Shown here in pieces: positions 6,810 through 16,800 of a stretch of DNA of 20,000 nucleotides. The notes beneath the pieces were generated by a model. It saw nothing but the letters and a program-made list of their open reading frames with translations, made no database searches and had not been told where the DNA came from. The translations under genes and the position numbers were made by a program. This DNA comes from an uncultured virus (IMG/VR IMGVR_UViG_3300030329_004422) (lineage: Duplodnaviria; Heunggongvirae; Uroviricota; Caudoviricetes): the IMG/VR virus record IMGVR_UViG_3300030329_004422; one strand, given 5' to 3'. Within the stretch, counting starts at the first letter, position 1. Each line of letters opens with the position of its first letter.

Positions 6810-9065
6810 ATGAAGACACAGACGTTTGAAATCGCTCGATTGAGAGGCATGGATAACCGCTGGAGGGTTTCTGCTGACTCTGCGGCTGTCATCAAAGAAA
6901 TGTCGTGGGATACCTATGATGGGTGGAAGACTGCTGGCGCTTACGATTGCATTACTGGTAATGCCTACAACTGGAAGGTTCACGGCACAATCCATTCTAT
7001 TCATTTTTTTAGTCGCCACAACGGCAGCAATCGGGACGTTATTTTCGAAACCTCGAATGGAATGCTTGCTCGTTTGAATCCAAGCCATTTCAATAGGGAT
7101 TCAGGCTCAGACCCTTTTACTCCCTTGAAAGACCAGAGCGGCACTAAGATAATGGCTGGTGGAAGACCAAGGCACACTCCAGAAACATCAGAGGTAAGCA
7201 GTCAAAGCATAACTTTTGGTGGTCGATTATATTTGGTAAATGGGTTTGATGAGCCTACAGTCTATGATGGAAGAATTGTCACAAGGGCGGGTTTTTTTAA
7301 CACGCCTGCAAAACCAGATGCAAGCGTTGTATATAGGGCGTACCACAATCAATATATAGACGAGGGTGGCGATGACGGGAGTGACACAGATTACTTTTTA
7401 GGGACAAGAGTTAAAGGCCAGGGTCTTGGGAGCCTCCGTCCTACCGGAAAAAAGGTAAGAAAAAAAGCATATAAAGCAAGCGGCGGGATTGGAGATTTTA
7501 AAACCAACCCTGGTACAAAGTATGTTGATGGAAAACTTTGTGGGTATCAATACCGAGTAACGTTTGTGAATCGTCGCGGGCAAGAAAGTCCGATGTCTGA
7601 TCCAAGTGATATTTGTAGCTTTGAGTGTGCAGACGGAAAGCGTAGATTCACCCAAGTTATGATTCCTGTTGGTAATGACGATGTTGTTGCTCGCAGACTG
7701 TATCGAACGAGAGATATTTTTGATGACAACGGAAACCCAATTGCTCCAGAATCCGGACGAAACTTTTATTTTTTAAAAGAAGTCCAAGACAACGAATCAA
7801 ACGCCATTGAGGATGGAATCAGTGATTCTAATCTTGGCGTTTTGACTAGCCCTGAAGACTTTGGAATATATCCTGCACAGGCTAAATTTATAACTTCTTT
7901 TAAAAACACGGTTTTTGTTGCAGGTATGCCAAACAACCTCGTTCAATTTAGTGCCGAGGGGATGCCTGAAATTTTTCCAAGGGACAATGTGTTTGACCTT
8001 GGCGATGCTGATTCTGGCGCAATCACCGGAATGTACGCAACGACCAACGCCCTGGTTGTCTTTAAAACTCGTGGCGTATACTTGATTAAGGGAAACCCCC
8101 GTAACGGTTTTTATGCTCAAACATTAAATCGTGACATTGGGTGTGTAGCACCGAGGTCTATCCAAAGTGTTCCGGGCACCGGCCTTGTGTTTCTTTCAAA
8201 TGACGGTGTTTTTGTTTTAAACGGAGCACTAGAAAACACAGGAAGCCCAACTTCTATCGCTGAGTTGAGCACGCCTATTAAAAATTTAATAGGTCGAATC
8301 GACACCAGTGGCGCAAGGTCCGCTGTTGGCATTGTAAATCGAAACAATAAAGAGTATTGGCTTTGTGTTCCCACTCTTGGAAAACTAAATAATTTGCTTT
8401 TGGTTTGGCATTACGAGGTGGGTGCGTGGAGTTTTCGAGAAAACTACCCAATTCAATGTGCAATAGAGACCAAGGACTCTCGTTCATACATTTACTTTGG
8501 GTCGAACGATCCTGAAAAACCAGGGATAAATGTATTCAGTGATTACTATCGCAAAAAATACGAAACGGGGTCTACATCATTAACTGATCAAGGAGATCCT
8601 GATACAACCCTAACAACAACACTAGATTTCCCACTTTATGAAACAAGTCCATTTTCATTTGGAAGTCTGTATTCAGGTATTCAGGTTGGATACATAAATT
8701 GTTACGCAGTTGCATACGGTAATGATCCGTTAAAAATAAACTTTAAAATAAACAGGTCCGAGGTTGTTGCACTAGATGACAACAAACCAAGAGATCAACA
8801 GGACATAAATGAATTGTTGCCTGTTTATGGTGAGGCAAGGTTTGATCAAGATGTATGGGGCTTTCATCGTCCGGTTGTTTTGAGATATGATGTGAGCCAT
8901 ATGCACAAGTCTGTGACCACTGAATTTTCTGTTCAATTCACGCAGGATGAAAACAATGAAAACCCCAACAGAATCATGGTTGTGGGATACAGCATTGATG
9001 CTAAGGTTGGTGAGCAAAGAAACATTCGACCGCTTACAGATGCATTGAAAGTAGACAAGAGATAA
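6810..9065 (+). CDS. Tail nozzle / tail tubular B / DNA stabilisation protein (P22 gp10/T7 gp12-like beta-propeller)
   Basis: 751 aa beta-rich, with propeller-blade motifs FGGRLYLVNG, FKNTVFVAG, AITGM....ALVVFKTRGVYLI, IGCVAPRSI, LVFLSNDGVF, EYWL..LLVWHYEVGAWS. Follows the adaptor. Confidence 0.75.
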   Translation: MKTQTFEIARLRGMDNRWRVSADSAAVIKEMSWDTYDGWKTAGAYDCITGNAYNWKVHGTIHSIHFFSRHNGSNRDVIFETSNGMLARLNPSHFNRDSGSDPFTPLKDQSGTKIMAGGRPRHTPETSEVSSQSITFGGRLYLVNGFDEPTVYDGRIVTRAGFFNTPAKPDASVVYRAYHNQYIDEGGDDGSDTDYFLGTRVKGQGLGSLRPTGKKVRKKAYKASGGIGDFKTNPGTKYVDGKLCGYQYRVTFVNRRGQESPMSDPSDICSFECADGKRRFTQVMIPVGNDDVVARRLYRTRDIFDDNGNPIAPESGRNFYFLKEVQDNESNAIEDGISDSNLGVLTSPEDFGIYPAQAKFITSFKNTVFVAGMPNNLVQFSAEGMPEIFPRDNVFDLGDADSGAITGMYATTNALVVFKTRGVYLIKGNPRNGFYAQTLNRDIGCVAPRSIQSVPGTGLVFLSNDGVFVLNGALENTGSPTSIAELSTPIKNLIGRIDTSGARSAVGIVNRNNKEYWLCVPTLGKLNNLLLVWHYEVGAWSFRENYPIQCAIETKDSRSYIYFGSNDPEKPGINVFSDYYRKKYETGSTSLTDQGDPDTTLTTTLDFPLYETSPFSFGSLYSGIQVGYINCYAVAYGNDPLKINFKINRSEVVALDDNKPRDQQDINELLPVYGEARFDQDVWGFHRPVVLRYDVSHMHKSVTTEFSVQFTQDENNENPNRIMVVGYSIDAKVGEQRNIRPLTDALKVDKR

Positions 9066-9067
9066 TA

Positions 9068-10117
9068 ATGGCGATCAAATTTCCGAAAGTACGACCAGAA
9101 AATGGGGAGGTTATTCACCCCAGCGATGTATTGGAAAACATTGGTGAGTTTGTTAATGAGTGTAACGGCAGCATTGACTCAGATAACCTTAGTGGTAAGT
9201 TTCAAATTCCTGAAAAGTCCTTCAAAGAAGGTTGTTTTCATGAAATATACACATACAGTAGGTTAGTAAACACTGCTGCAGATTCAGATATATTTTATTG
9301 TCCAAGCACAACAAGTGCATACGCTAAAACAGATGACAATAATACAAAGCTTGCTGGTGTTGAAATAGATGCAACTACTGATGGTTGGGCTGTAATTGAT
9401 TTTAATTGCACCTGGATGTGGACCGGTAATGGAATAACTAGCGTAGAAATGGCAAAAGATTTGTTGTTTGGATACCTTCTCAAAGAGCCTGACTCGGGAG
9501 AGAATCCTCTTACCGCTGGTGGTGCAAATTTGGGCCGTACAGATATGCCTCCTGGCGGTTGGATGGGCTTTTGCGGTGAACGTAGTGATTTAGATAACCC
9601 GAATAGATGGGCAGGTTTTGAAAAAGAAATTGAAACCAGTGTGGGTGATGAAATTGGTGATGCAATTGTTTCAAACTTTCCTTTGGGCCAGTGGTCCGAT
9701 GTTCCAGTTGATTTTTATGCAGTGCAGTTTCGAATAGTTATTAACGGCACCGTTATTTCTGAGTCAGGGCCGCTATTTAATGGAAACTGGAGAAACTCTG
9801 TTTATTTGTGTGGCGCTACTCCGGTTGTTGCCGGAAAAAACAATATTGATGTAGAGGTAAGGGCATACACTGCGGTTGAATTAAAAACCAGCCGAGTGGG
9901 TGTTGGGGCAAGAGACAGTGATGGAAACAGGGGTGAAATGTTTTCCTATCAACCTCAGTCATCTGAGGTTCACCCACTTCCGCTTCCAAAATATGAAAAA
10001 AATGCGCTTGATGTAGGAGAAGCACTCACCAAATCAGGTCCAAGCGTGCTGATTGATGCGGGAATAAAGTGCGATGTTTTAGATAGAAACCTTGTTGTTC
10101 AATTTAGGAAGCGGTGA
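9068..10117 (+). CDS. Tail appendage/spike-like protein 1
   Basis: TAATG-type junction with the nozzle gene. N-terminal anchor-like motif ENGEVIHPSDVLENI...NGSIDSDNL, beta-rich body, C-terminus DRNLVVQFRKR. Confidence 0.55.
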   Translation: MAIKFPKVRPENGEVIHPSDVLENIGEFVNECNGSIDSDNLSGKFQIPEKSFKEGCFHEIYTYSRLVNTAADSDIFYCPSTTSAYAKTDDNNTKLAGVEIDATTDGWAVIDFNCTWMWTGNGITSVEMAKDLLFGYLLKEPDSGENPLTAGGANLGRTDMPPGGWMGFCGERSDLDNPNRWAGFEKEIETSVGDEIGDAIVSNFPLGQWSDVPVDFYAVQFRIVINGTVISESGPLFNGNWRNSVYLCGATPVVAGKNNIDVEVRAYTAVELKTSRVGVGARDSDGNRGEMFSYQPQSSEVHPLPLPKYEKNALDVGEALTKSGPSVLIDAGIKCDVLDRNLVVQFRKR

Positions 10118-11091
10118 TGGCTAGAATTAAGTTACCAGAAATAAAGCCCGGAGATCCGTTATCTTCTGAACAATACAACGACATTTTAGAATCTCTCGAA
10201 GATTTTGATATTGATGGCTCAAACATTGCTGAAGAAGGAATTAATTTTTCTCAAAAAAAGGTAGGCTATCCTTTTCATCAGGAGGATGCCGTATTTAATT
10301 CAAGCTCAAAAACAGTTACATCTGAAGCGGCCACTAACACGGTTCTTTATATGGGCAGCGGAGTAGCGCCGGACGCTGCGGGTGGCAGCAAGAAAGCATC
10401 GGACTATGTTTATAAAACAACAGACTTTCAACCGGGTGACTACGCTTTTTGTAGAGCAAGCTGTCGAATAAAGATGTCTGATTTCGGGTCTAGAACGTTT
10501 TTTGCAGGAATACCGCCAACAGTTTCTTTAGAGTTAAGGTACATAACGTTTGATGATCCTGATGATGAGTTTATAGACCCGACAGGACTAGTTTCGGGAA
10601 GCGATCACTCCCTATGGAAATCATGCGCGGGCACAAAACAATTATTTTCATGTGCATTTAGTTCAAAAATACCGAGTGATTCTGGCGGCGATTTAATGGT
10701 TCAACAAATTGCACTTGATGATACTAGTGTTGATCCTGATCACACCATCAGAAAACACAAATATAGACCCGACCTTATTACCTACACGAAAAGTGACACC
10801 GAGTATCCAGAATCTCGTGACCAGTACGATTTAAGTAGCAATACAAATATGTTTTTTCATTACAACTTTTCGTACACTACAGCCTTCCCTCTACAAATCC
10901 TATCGGGGCACGGCAATGTAAGAAAGGTTGGTTTCGCGCTATTTGGTCACGCATATAATCCTGGCGGTAAGCAAGGTCAAGATGGAACGGGAATATACGG
11001 TTCAACTCCTGAAAAAGGCTGCGGAACCGTTCAATATGCTGGTTTTCAAGTATTTAGTTCTACAATATCTATTTCAAGAATAAAAAAATAA
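10117..11091 (+). CDS. Tail appendage/spike-like protein 2
   Basis: ATG at 10117 overlaps the upstream TGA (TGATG); the track gives GTG 10114 in the same frame. N-terminal IKPGDPLSSEQYNDIL...IDGSNI motif resembles its neighbours. Confidence 0.55.
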   Translation: MARIKLPEIKPGDPLSSEQYNDILESLEDFDIDGSNIAEEGINFSQKKVGYPFHQEDAVFNSSSKTVTSEAATNTVLYMGSGVAPDAAGGSKKASDYVYKTTDFQPGDYAFCRASCRIKMSDFGSRTFFAGIPPTVSLELRYITFDDPDDEFIDPTGLVSGSDHSLWKSCAGTKQLFSCAFSSKIPSDSGGDLMVQQIALDDTSVDPDHTIRKHKYRPDLITYTKSDTEYPESRDQYDLSSNTNMFFHYNFSYTTAFPLQILSGHGNVRKVGFALFGHAYNPGGKQGQDGTGIYGSTPEKGCGTVQYAGFQVFSSTISISRIKK

Positions 11092-11100
11092 CGGTACAAA

Positions 11101-11946
11101 ATGGGTTTTAGTTTTACTGGTGCGGACGAGTTTGATTCTGGAGATGTTTTTAATGCTGATAAATTAAAAACAACTGTCGAAAAGATACGAGACGAATTAA
11201 ACGGTCATTTCGGACCTAATAGTTTTCCAAAGACGTGGTTAGATGGTATTGCAACAATTGTACCTGTAATTGATACACATCATATATTTAAACCAGAATT
11301 TTATGGCTCACCTTCCCCACATGTTTTAGGTATTAGTTCGGATACATATTACAGAAGAAGAAGCGGAAATAAGCTTGATAGGTATTATAGACATGAAGGA
11401 ACAGGCAGTAAGGTGCTGGATGTTCTGGATTTGGATGAGCTAATTAAAGACAATAGTGCTTGGCAGCCAATAGAAGGTCTTTCAGCTACTGTTTTCATCG
11501 AAGAGGGCCGAGACGTAAATTGTCACGTGATGTGCAACTTTTACGCATTTGAAAGTGGTGGCAAAGCTGGTTCCTCAAGAAGAGTAATTTTGAGGGAGGG
11601 AAGACATTCTCCAATTGGAAACAAACTAGAGTCGTTATCGGGCTGGAGGCGCTCGACTGTTGCTGGTTTTACCGTTGCTGCGTTTTGTCTATTTTTGGAT
11701 AAAATGGACGGGGATGGCCCGCAACGTCTTTCTGAAACAACTCGATATTTGTACGGAACAGGTGGTGGTCGATATCGGATGCGAAGAATGAACCATTCGA
11801 TAAATAAGTCAATATTGGGGCTCACTGCAGGAGAAAATAAAATTTCAGTCCGATGTGTTTATAGGCAAAGGTCAATTGATGATAAAACGATGCGTCATTT
11901 GTACATCGACCAAAGAAACCTTGTAGTTGATTTAATGTATCGATGA
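11101..11946 (+). CDS. Tail appendage/spike-like protein 3
   Basis: N-terminal FDSGDVFNADKL...ELNG motif; WQPIEGLSATV, LTAGENKISVR and C-terminal QRNLVVDLMYR resemble protein 1. Confidence 0.55.
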   Translation: MGFSFTGADEFDSGDVFNADKLKTTVEKIRDELNGHFGPNSFPKTWLDGIATIVPVIDTHHIFKPEFYGSPSPHVLGISSDTYYRRRSGNKLDRYYRHEGTGSKVLDVLDLDELIKDNSAWQPIEGLSATVFIEEGRDVNCHVMCNFYAFESGGKAGSSRRVILREGRHSPIGNKLESLSGWRRSTVAGFTVAAFCLFLDKMDGDGPQRLSETTRYLYGTGGGRYRMRRMNHSINKSILGLTAGENKISVRCVYRQRSIDDKTMRHLYIDQRNLVVDLMYR

Positions 11947-11966
11947 TACAATCGTTGAGGTGATGT

Positions 11967-12404
11967 ATGGCAACTGCAGGTGAAAAAGGTTTAGTCGTTG
12001 GCACAAGCATGGCGACGTTCGCGGCATCTGGCGCAGGCGCGGGTGCTGCGGCTGGTCCTGCGGGTGCTGCAATTGGTGCTGGTGTTGGCGCACTTGTTGG
12101 CCTTGGCCTTGGTATTGCACAAAATAGAGCCAAGACAAAGGAAGAAGAACGCCACAAACGACAAGCTGCGCGATTAGCGAGAAAACAACAACGTCGCCAA
12201 GAAAAGGCACTAAAAGAGGCACAGATCGCTGAGCGTAGGCAGTCTGCTCAAATGAGAGAGGCTTCAGATCGCGCAGCCGCAGAGGCCGCAGACGCTCCAG
12301 ATCCTTTCGTTGCTGATGATGTGTTGATGCAGGCAACGAGCGTTGGCCCCGGAACACCTTATGATCAATATATGGCACAAGTATACGGTCGCCCGATCGC
12401 TTAG
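11967..12404 (+). CDS. Putative small internal virion/ejection protein (glycine zipper + coiled coil)
   Basis: SD GAGGTGA. Hydrophobic GxxxG run GAGAGAAAGPAGAAIGAGVGALVGLGLG, then a charged coiled coil. Position matches T7 gp14/P22 gp7. Confidence 0.6.
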   Translation: MATAGEKGLVVGTSMATFAASGAGAGAAAGPAGAAIGAGVGALVGLGLGIAQNRAKTKEEERHKRQAARLARKQQRRQEKALKEAQIAERRQSAQMREASDRAAAEAADAPDPFVADDVLMQATSVGPGTPYDQYMAQVYGRPIA

Positions 12405-12412
12405 GAGAAAAC

Positions 12413-13288
12413 ATGTCTGAAGAAATGACAGAAGACGAAAGGCTTGCAGCAGCACTGCGATCAGAGCGCGACTACGAGGACCGGATTTACCGAAGTCGCG
12501 CATATATGGGCACTGCTGGTACGTTGGGTCAAGGGTTGTTGAACTACTTGAAAAACGCGCCACTCAACTACAGCGACCCCGCTCGTGACAGGTACTATAG
12601 GACTTTGAAAACACTTGACCCTACCGAAGAAGATAGGCGGGAGCGAGCGGTTGAGGCTGCTGCTGGACAAGCGACACAGCGGGCGAGAGAGGTAGGTAGG
12701 CAGATTTCTGGAAGACTTGCTGCGGACCCAACAAAGGCTGCTGCAGCCCTTCAGGCGGCGGGCAAGTATGAAACAGATGTCGCTCAAAAAGCGCGAATGG
12801 ACGCAGAGACGCAGGCGATGACGGATAGGGCGGCAGAACGAAAGTTTAAGGCCGAGGAAGCCAGCCGCATTGAAAGCGACAAGCTTGCAGAAAAACAAGC
12901 AGATGAAGCTGCAAAACGGGAACGCACATTTGGGTTGCTCGAAACGGGTCTTCAGGCCGGTATGCAACTATACGGTGCAACTCGACCTCAAACTAAAGAA
13001 GCACAACTTGAAAGCAAGGCCATCCGTACTGGCAAGCGTGCTAAGCGATTGGATACTAGGTTATCCGATAAAACTATGGGCACAGAATTCGAGGGCTTTT
13101 CAGCAGAGCAAATTCAAATGGCAAAGCCTGGTGGGAGGCTTGAAGGCTTAGCTAAGAGGCAGGCAGGAGCAATCGATTCGGCAAAGACAGCAGAGACAGA
13201 CTTAGCTACGCTTCAGGCTGCAAAGCTTGCCAAGCAACGCGAAAGGCTGCGGGCTTTGTACGGTGAAGACTTTGCTTCAAACTTTTAG
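12413..13288 (+). CDS. Putative internal virion/ejection protein (Ala/Glu/Arg-rich, helical)
   Basis: SD TAGGAG; 291 aa, no Cys or Trp, coiled-coil character, short Gly-rich amphipathic segments (MGTAGTLGQGLLNYL; FGLLETGLQAGMQLYG). Confidence 0.55.
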   Translation: MSEEMTEDERLAAALRSERDYEDRIYRSRAYMGTAGTLGQGLLNYLKNAPLNYSDPARDRYYRTLKTLDPTEEDRRERAVEAAAGQATQRAREVGRQISGRLAADPTKAAAALQAAGKYETDVAQKARMDAETQAMTDRAAERKFKAEEASRIESDKLAEKQADEAAKRERTFGLLETGLQAGMQLYGATRPQTKEAQLESKAIRTGKRAKRLDTRLSDKTMGTEFEGFSAEQIQMAKPGGRLEGLAKRQAGAIDSAKTAETDLATLQAAKLAKQRERLRALYGEDFASNF

Positions 13289-13303
13289 TCGAAGGGTGGA
13301 ATA

Positions 13304-13849
13304 GTGCCTTGGAAAAACGGTCGATATGTTCCACGGGTATCTACAGACACCTCGGCGGCTTTTCAGAAGCCTTCACGTCCTGTTATTACAGGCAAAATGC
13401 CATCGCTCGATGTTGATGGTGACAACTTTGAAGATGACCTGTTTGATGAAACACTACTGAGTCGAGTCATTGCAGCAAGCACATTCACGCCAACGTTTTT
13501 GCTGCGTGTGATTTCAAAGGGCACTTTTTCAGCCGCAAATAAGATGCGGTCACTATTTGCATCCGGCTTCGTCAATTCAGACTTGATCGAAGATGGTGCT
13601 GTTACTGGTGCAAAGATTACAAATCCCATTAAGATATCTTTGATCAGTGGCGGCTCTGCTGGTACTCACACTGTTTCTGGCATTACAATAAAAGATGAAC
13701 TTATTGCGGTGTTAGAACAGGATGGGACATCGGGCATACTAACTGATTTGAGTAGTGAGTTTTCTATTGTGAAAGCTGATACGATTAGTAATACAGGTGG
13801 TACGGCAACAAGTAGTGATAAACTGCTTGTATTTTATCTAAGCAAATAG
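13304..13849 (+). CDS. Small virion protein with fibre-type IEDGAVTGAKI motif and C-terminal beta domain
   Basis: GTG with SD-like GGGTGGA; motif VNSDLIEDGAVTGAKI typical of trimeric fibre shafts; Ser/Thr/Gly-rich C-terminal domain; tandem TAG TGA stops. Confidence 0.5.
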   Translation: MPWKNGRYVPRVSTDTSAAFQKPSRPVITGKMPSLDVDGDNFEDDLFDETLLSRVIAASTFTPTFLLRVISKGTFSAANKMRSLFASGFVNSDLIEDGAVTGAKITNPIKISLISGGSAGTHTVSGITIKDELIAVLEQDGTSGILTDLSSEFSIVKADTISNTGGTATSSDKLLVFYLSK

Positions 13850-13859
13850 TGAGATCGTT

Positions 13860-16800
13860 ATGGCGTCAGGTTTGGAATTTGTAGGCAGACTGAATGATTC
13901 TTTGAAGTCTTCGGCATCAACATACATCAAGTCGAAATCTGCTGAACGGGCTGACGCACAAAAGATCCTCGATTCTATTGATAAAGAGATCAACTACCGT
14001 GAGCGCTTGATCACCCGGTATCAGAGCAGCACGACCAGGGGTAAGCAAGCATTCGGCGCTTACGCTCAGTTGTATGCAAAGTTGTCTGATCTTCAGTCTG
14101 AAAATTTCGACCTAATTGAATCTGATCGTCGTAAAATCGATGAAGAATTAGAAAAGCTTGAAGCCAAAAACAATGTCTACTATAAAGACGCACTCAAGGC
14201 AATCAGAAATATAGATTCACAAATAAAGCAAATGGAAATAGGCCAAGGTCTTCCAGGAGACATTGTTGGAGCCATTGTTTCACGGTTGAATAACGATAAA
14301 GTCAGCGATGAAGCCCGACTCGCTTTCTTTGCTTTGCTTGCTAACAAAGTAGAGCGAGAAAAATATCCAAACTCAGATGAATTACTTAATGAGATAAAAA
14401 GAGAAACAGCAATAGTAGTCAAGACGGGCATTGATCCGATTAATTCTGCTAATAAGCCTGATTCTCTAGATCCACGTATAGAAGCAAGTATTCATACGCC
14501 TGCGATAACAGATGAGTTTAAAACTAAAGTACACAATAATCCTGTGTTGCAAGCTAAGTTTCTCGGTAGAGTAGTCACGAAAAGTCAAGATCATTCACCG
14601 GCAATAAGAGAACTTCATAGGTTAATGTTTGAGGGTGGCACTGAAGGGTTGTCCGATGTTCAAGTCGCTCAAAAGGTCGTAAATTCGATCGCTACATCTG
14701 TACCAAACACTATCGACATCAATCAGCAGGGCCAGATCACTATTGTCGAAGGCGCCAATTCCGGCGATACAAGTAAAGCAATTGATCTTCTCAAGAGATC
14801 TGGAATCGAGCCAGGAACAACGATTGCTGAAGCAGGTCGCGCTCTGAAGGTCCAGTCAGGTCGCGAAGATTTAGGTTCACTTACGAATGAAATCGCAGAA
14901 TTGAAACAGCGTCGTGAGATTGCTGTGGAAAACTTGGCGAGAACCCCAAGGCTTTCGACGAGTAAGCTGGCGTTGCTGGATCACCCTATTCTTCGTGTTC
15001 CTGGCTTCCGTGAGGCCATCGGCACGGTTTCAGCAAGGCGTACCACTCCGTCTGTGATTGGCGCTCAGACAACTGATCCTGCTGGTCCGGGTTTTGATCC
15101 AGATGATTATGCATTTGATGGTTCTGTTGAAGTCATAGATACAGATGCTGAAATTATGGGCGATGATGACGAAGATGATGGCAAGCCTGCACGGTTGTTG
15201 TCTGAAGCGCTTGACTCAGAATCTGGTCTTACTGCTGGTCCGGATTTTGATCCAGATCAGCTACCAGACTACGATCCAAGTAGAGTTTCATTAGCCAATA
15301 GAGACGATTCGGTTTTTAGACAAGGTGGCGCTGATGTTGTTGGTGGTCTTCCACCGCTACTTGCAGAGGATTTGAAAGAAATTGCTGGTGGCGTGCCCGT
15401 TATTGCTGCCGTTGCGACTCGTATTGAAAAATCTCTTACTGATGCGATAAATCAATCCGAACAAGCTGGTGTAGACCCTGTAGCGAATGACAGAGCACAA
15501 GCGAATCTTGCGAACATCATCGAAGACTTTAACCAACTTCCAGAAAACATTCGCAGAGCGTTTCCAAGGAGTTTTGTCTCTGCTTTGGGAGACATGGAAA
15601 CGAAGGGTGCGAATCCAGAACAACAAATAGTACAGATTCAGAACGCACTTCCTTCACTGAAAGATGTGGCCCTTACGGGTCAATCTGTTGGTGAGTACAT
15701 AGCGACTGTAGATCCAAATGATCCTGATCAAATCGAAGGGCTTGGTAACCTGTTGGAGTTTGTTGATAATCCAGAAGCGTTGGGTGATCGTGCAAGCGTT
15801 TTAGTGGGAATGGAGCAGGCAAGACCGAAAAGAGATTCGAAGGGTTATTTTGGTCTCAGTCCTTTAGGTACAGATATACTTGGAGGTGTTGGAAAGAGAC
15901 TCAGAAATGCACTTGAAGACGACACAGACCCAACTGCTTCAAATAGGATAAAAAGCCTCATAACAAGGGCTCAAAAATTATCTGCAGAAAATGATTTTTA
16001 CGATACACCGGGAGCATACGGAAATAACCGGTTCTTCGACATATTAGAAGAGGAACCAGTAGCCAAGCCTGCCGAACCAGCACCTGCGCCAACTCCAGCA
16101 CCCGCCCCACCGCCAACCGGGGAGAATGTAGTGGAAATCGATGGGGAGTTTGTCGATCTTTCGCCTTTGATGGCTCCAGGCCCACAAGCAGAGTCACCCC
16201 TAACGCCAGCCGCAGCCCCGAAACCCGCCCCAACTCCAGCACCGGTAAAGACACCTGACTCGCCGCCGGTTGATACAGAAGATAAAGATTTTACTTCAAT
16301 CCGAAACCTAACTTCGGAGCAAATCAAAGTCGTCAATACCACATTGGATTTTGCAGACAAGAATCCAGACAAAGCTGATGCGGCTATTGGGTCTTTGTCT
16401 AAAGCTTTAAACGTACCTATAGAAGACCTAAAAAACTTCAGAAAAGGTCCAACCACAATGGGCAATCCGGCTTCGCCCAAGATGACTGATGCCGAAATCA
16501 AGGCTTCACTTATGCGAAGCATCAACACGCTTGCAGAAGGCGCCGACAGGGAGCAAGAAATTATAGATACGCTTGCAGAAGGCGCCGACGATCCGAAGCC
16601 TACGATTACTGTTCGACCAACAATAAGCAATGTCATCAACAGACCGTTTTTCACTGAGCCAAGGGACCATCCAATTCTTGATGATGCGAGGGGTCACCTG
16701 GGCATCGATCTTGCTGCCAAAGAAGGCGACCCTGTCCGATTGATTGCTTCAGGTACTGTTTCTTCTGTAAAGCGCGACCCTATGGGTTCTGCCGGTATTA

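Noticed and set aside
6804..6812. In-frame TAA-AGC-ATG junction between adaptor and nozzle (and a 9-nt in-frame gap at 11092-11100) as split genes
   Set aside because: Each side has its own family-like termini; in-frame spacing occurs one time in three by chance and fits translational coupling.
13286..13306. TAG of 12413-13288 is in frame with the GTG at 13304 (possible read-through or amber recoding)
   Set aside because: The other TAG stops (1371, 5226, 12404, 13849) are not in frame with the next gene, one is backed by TGA, long ORFs contain no internal TAG, and 13304 has its own SD-like sequence.
15079..16589. Direct repeats as CRISPR array, DGR template/variable repeat or att sites
   Set aside because: Only two copies each, in frame inside a CDS; no cas, reverse transcriptase or integrase gene in the window.
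15998..16654. 218-aa antisense ORF, plus the other minus-strand and alternate-frame ORFs of 60-170 aa
   Set aside because: Shadows of long + strand genes or low-complexity Pro/Ala codons; the window reads as a single-direction operon.
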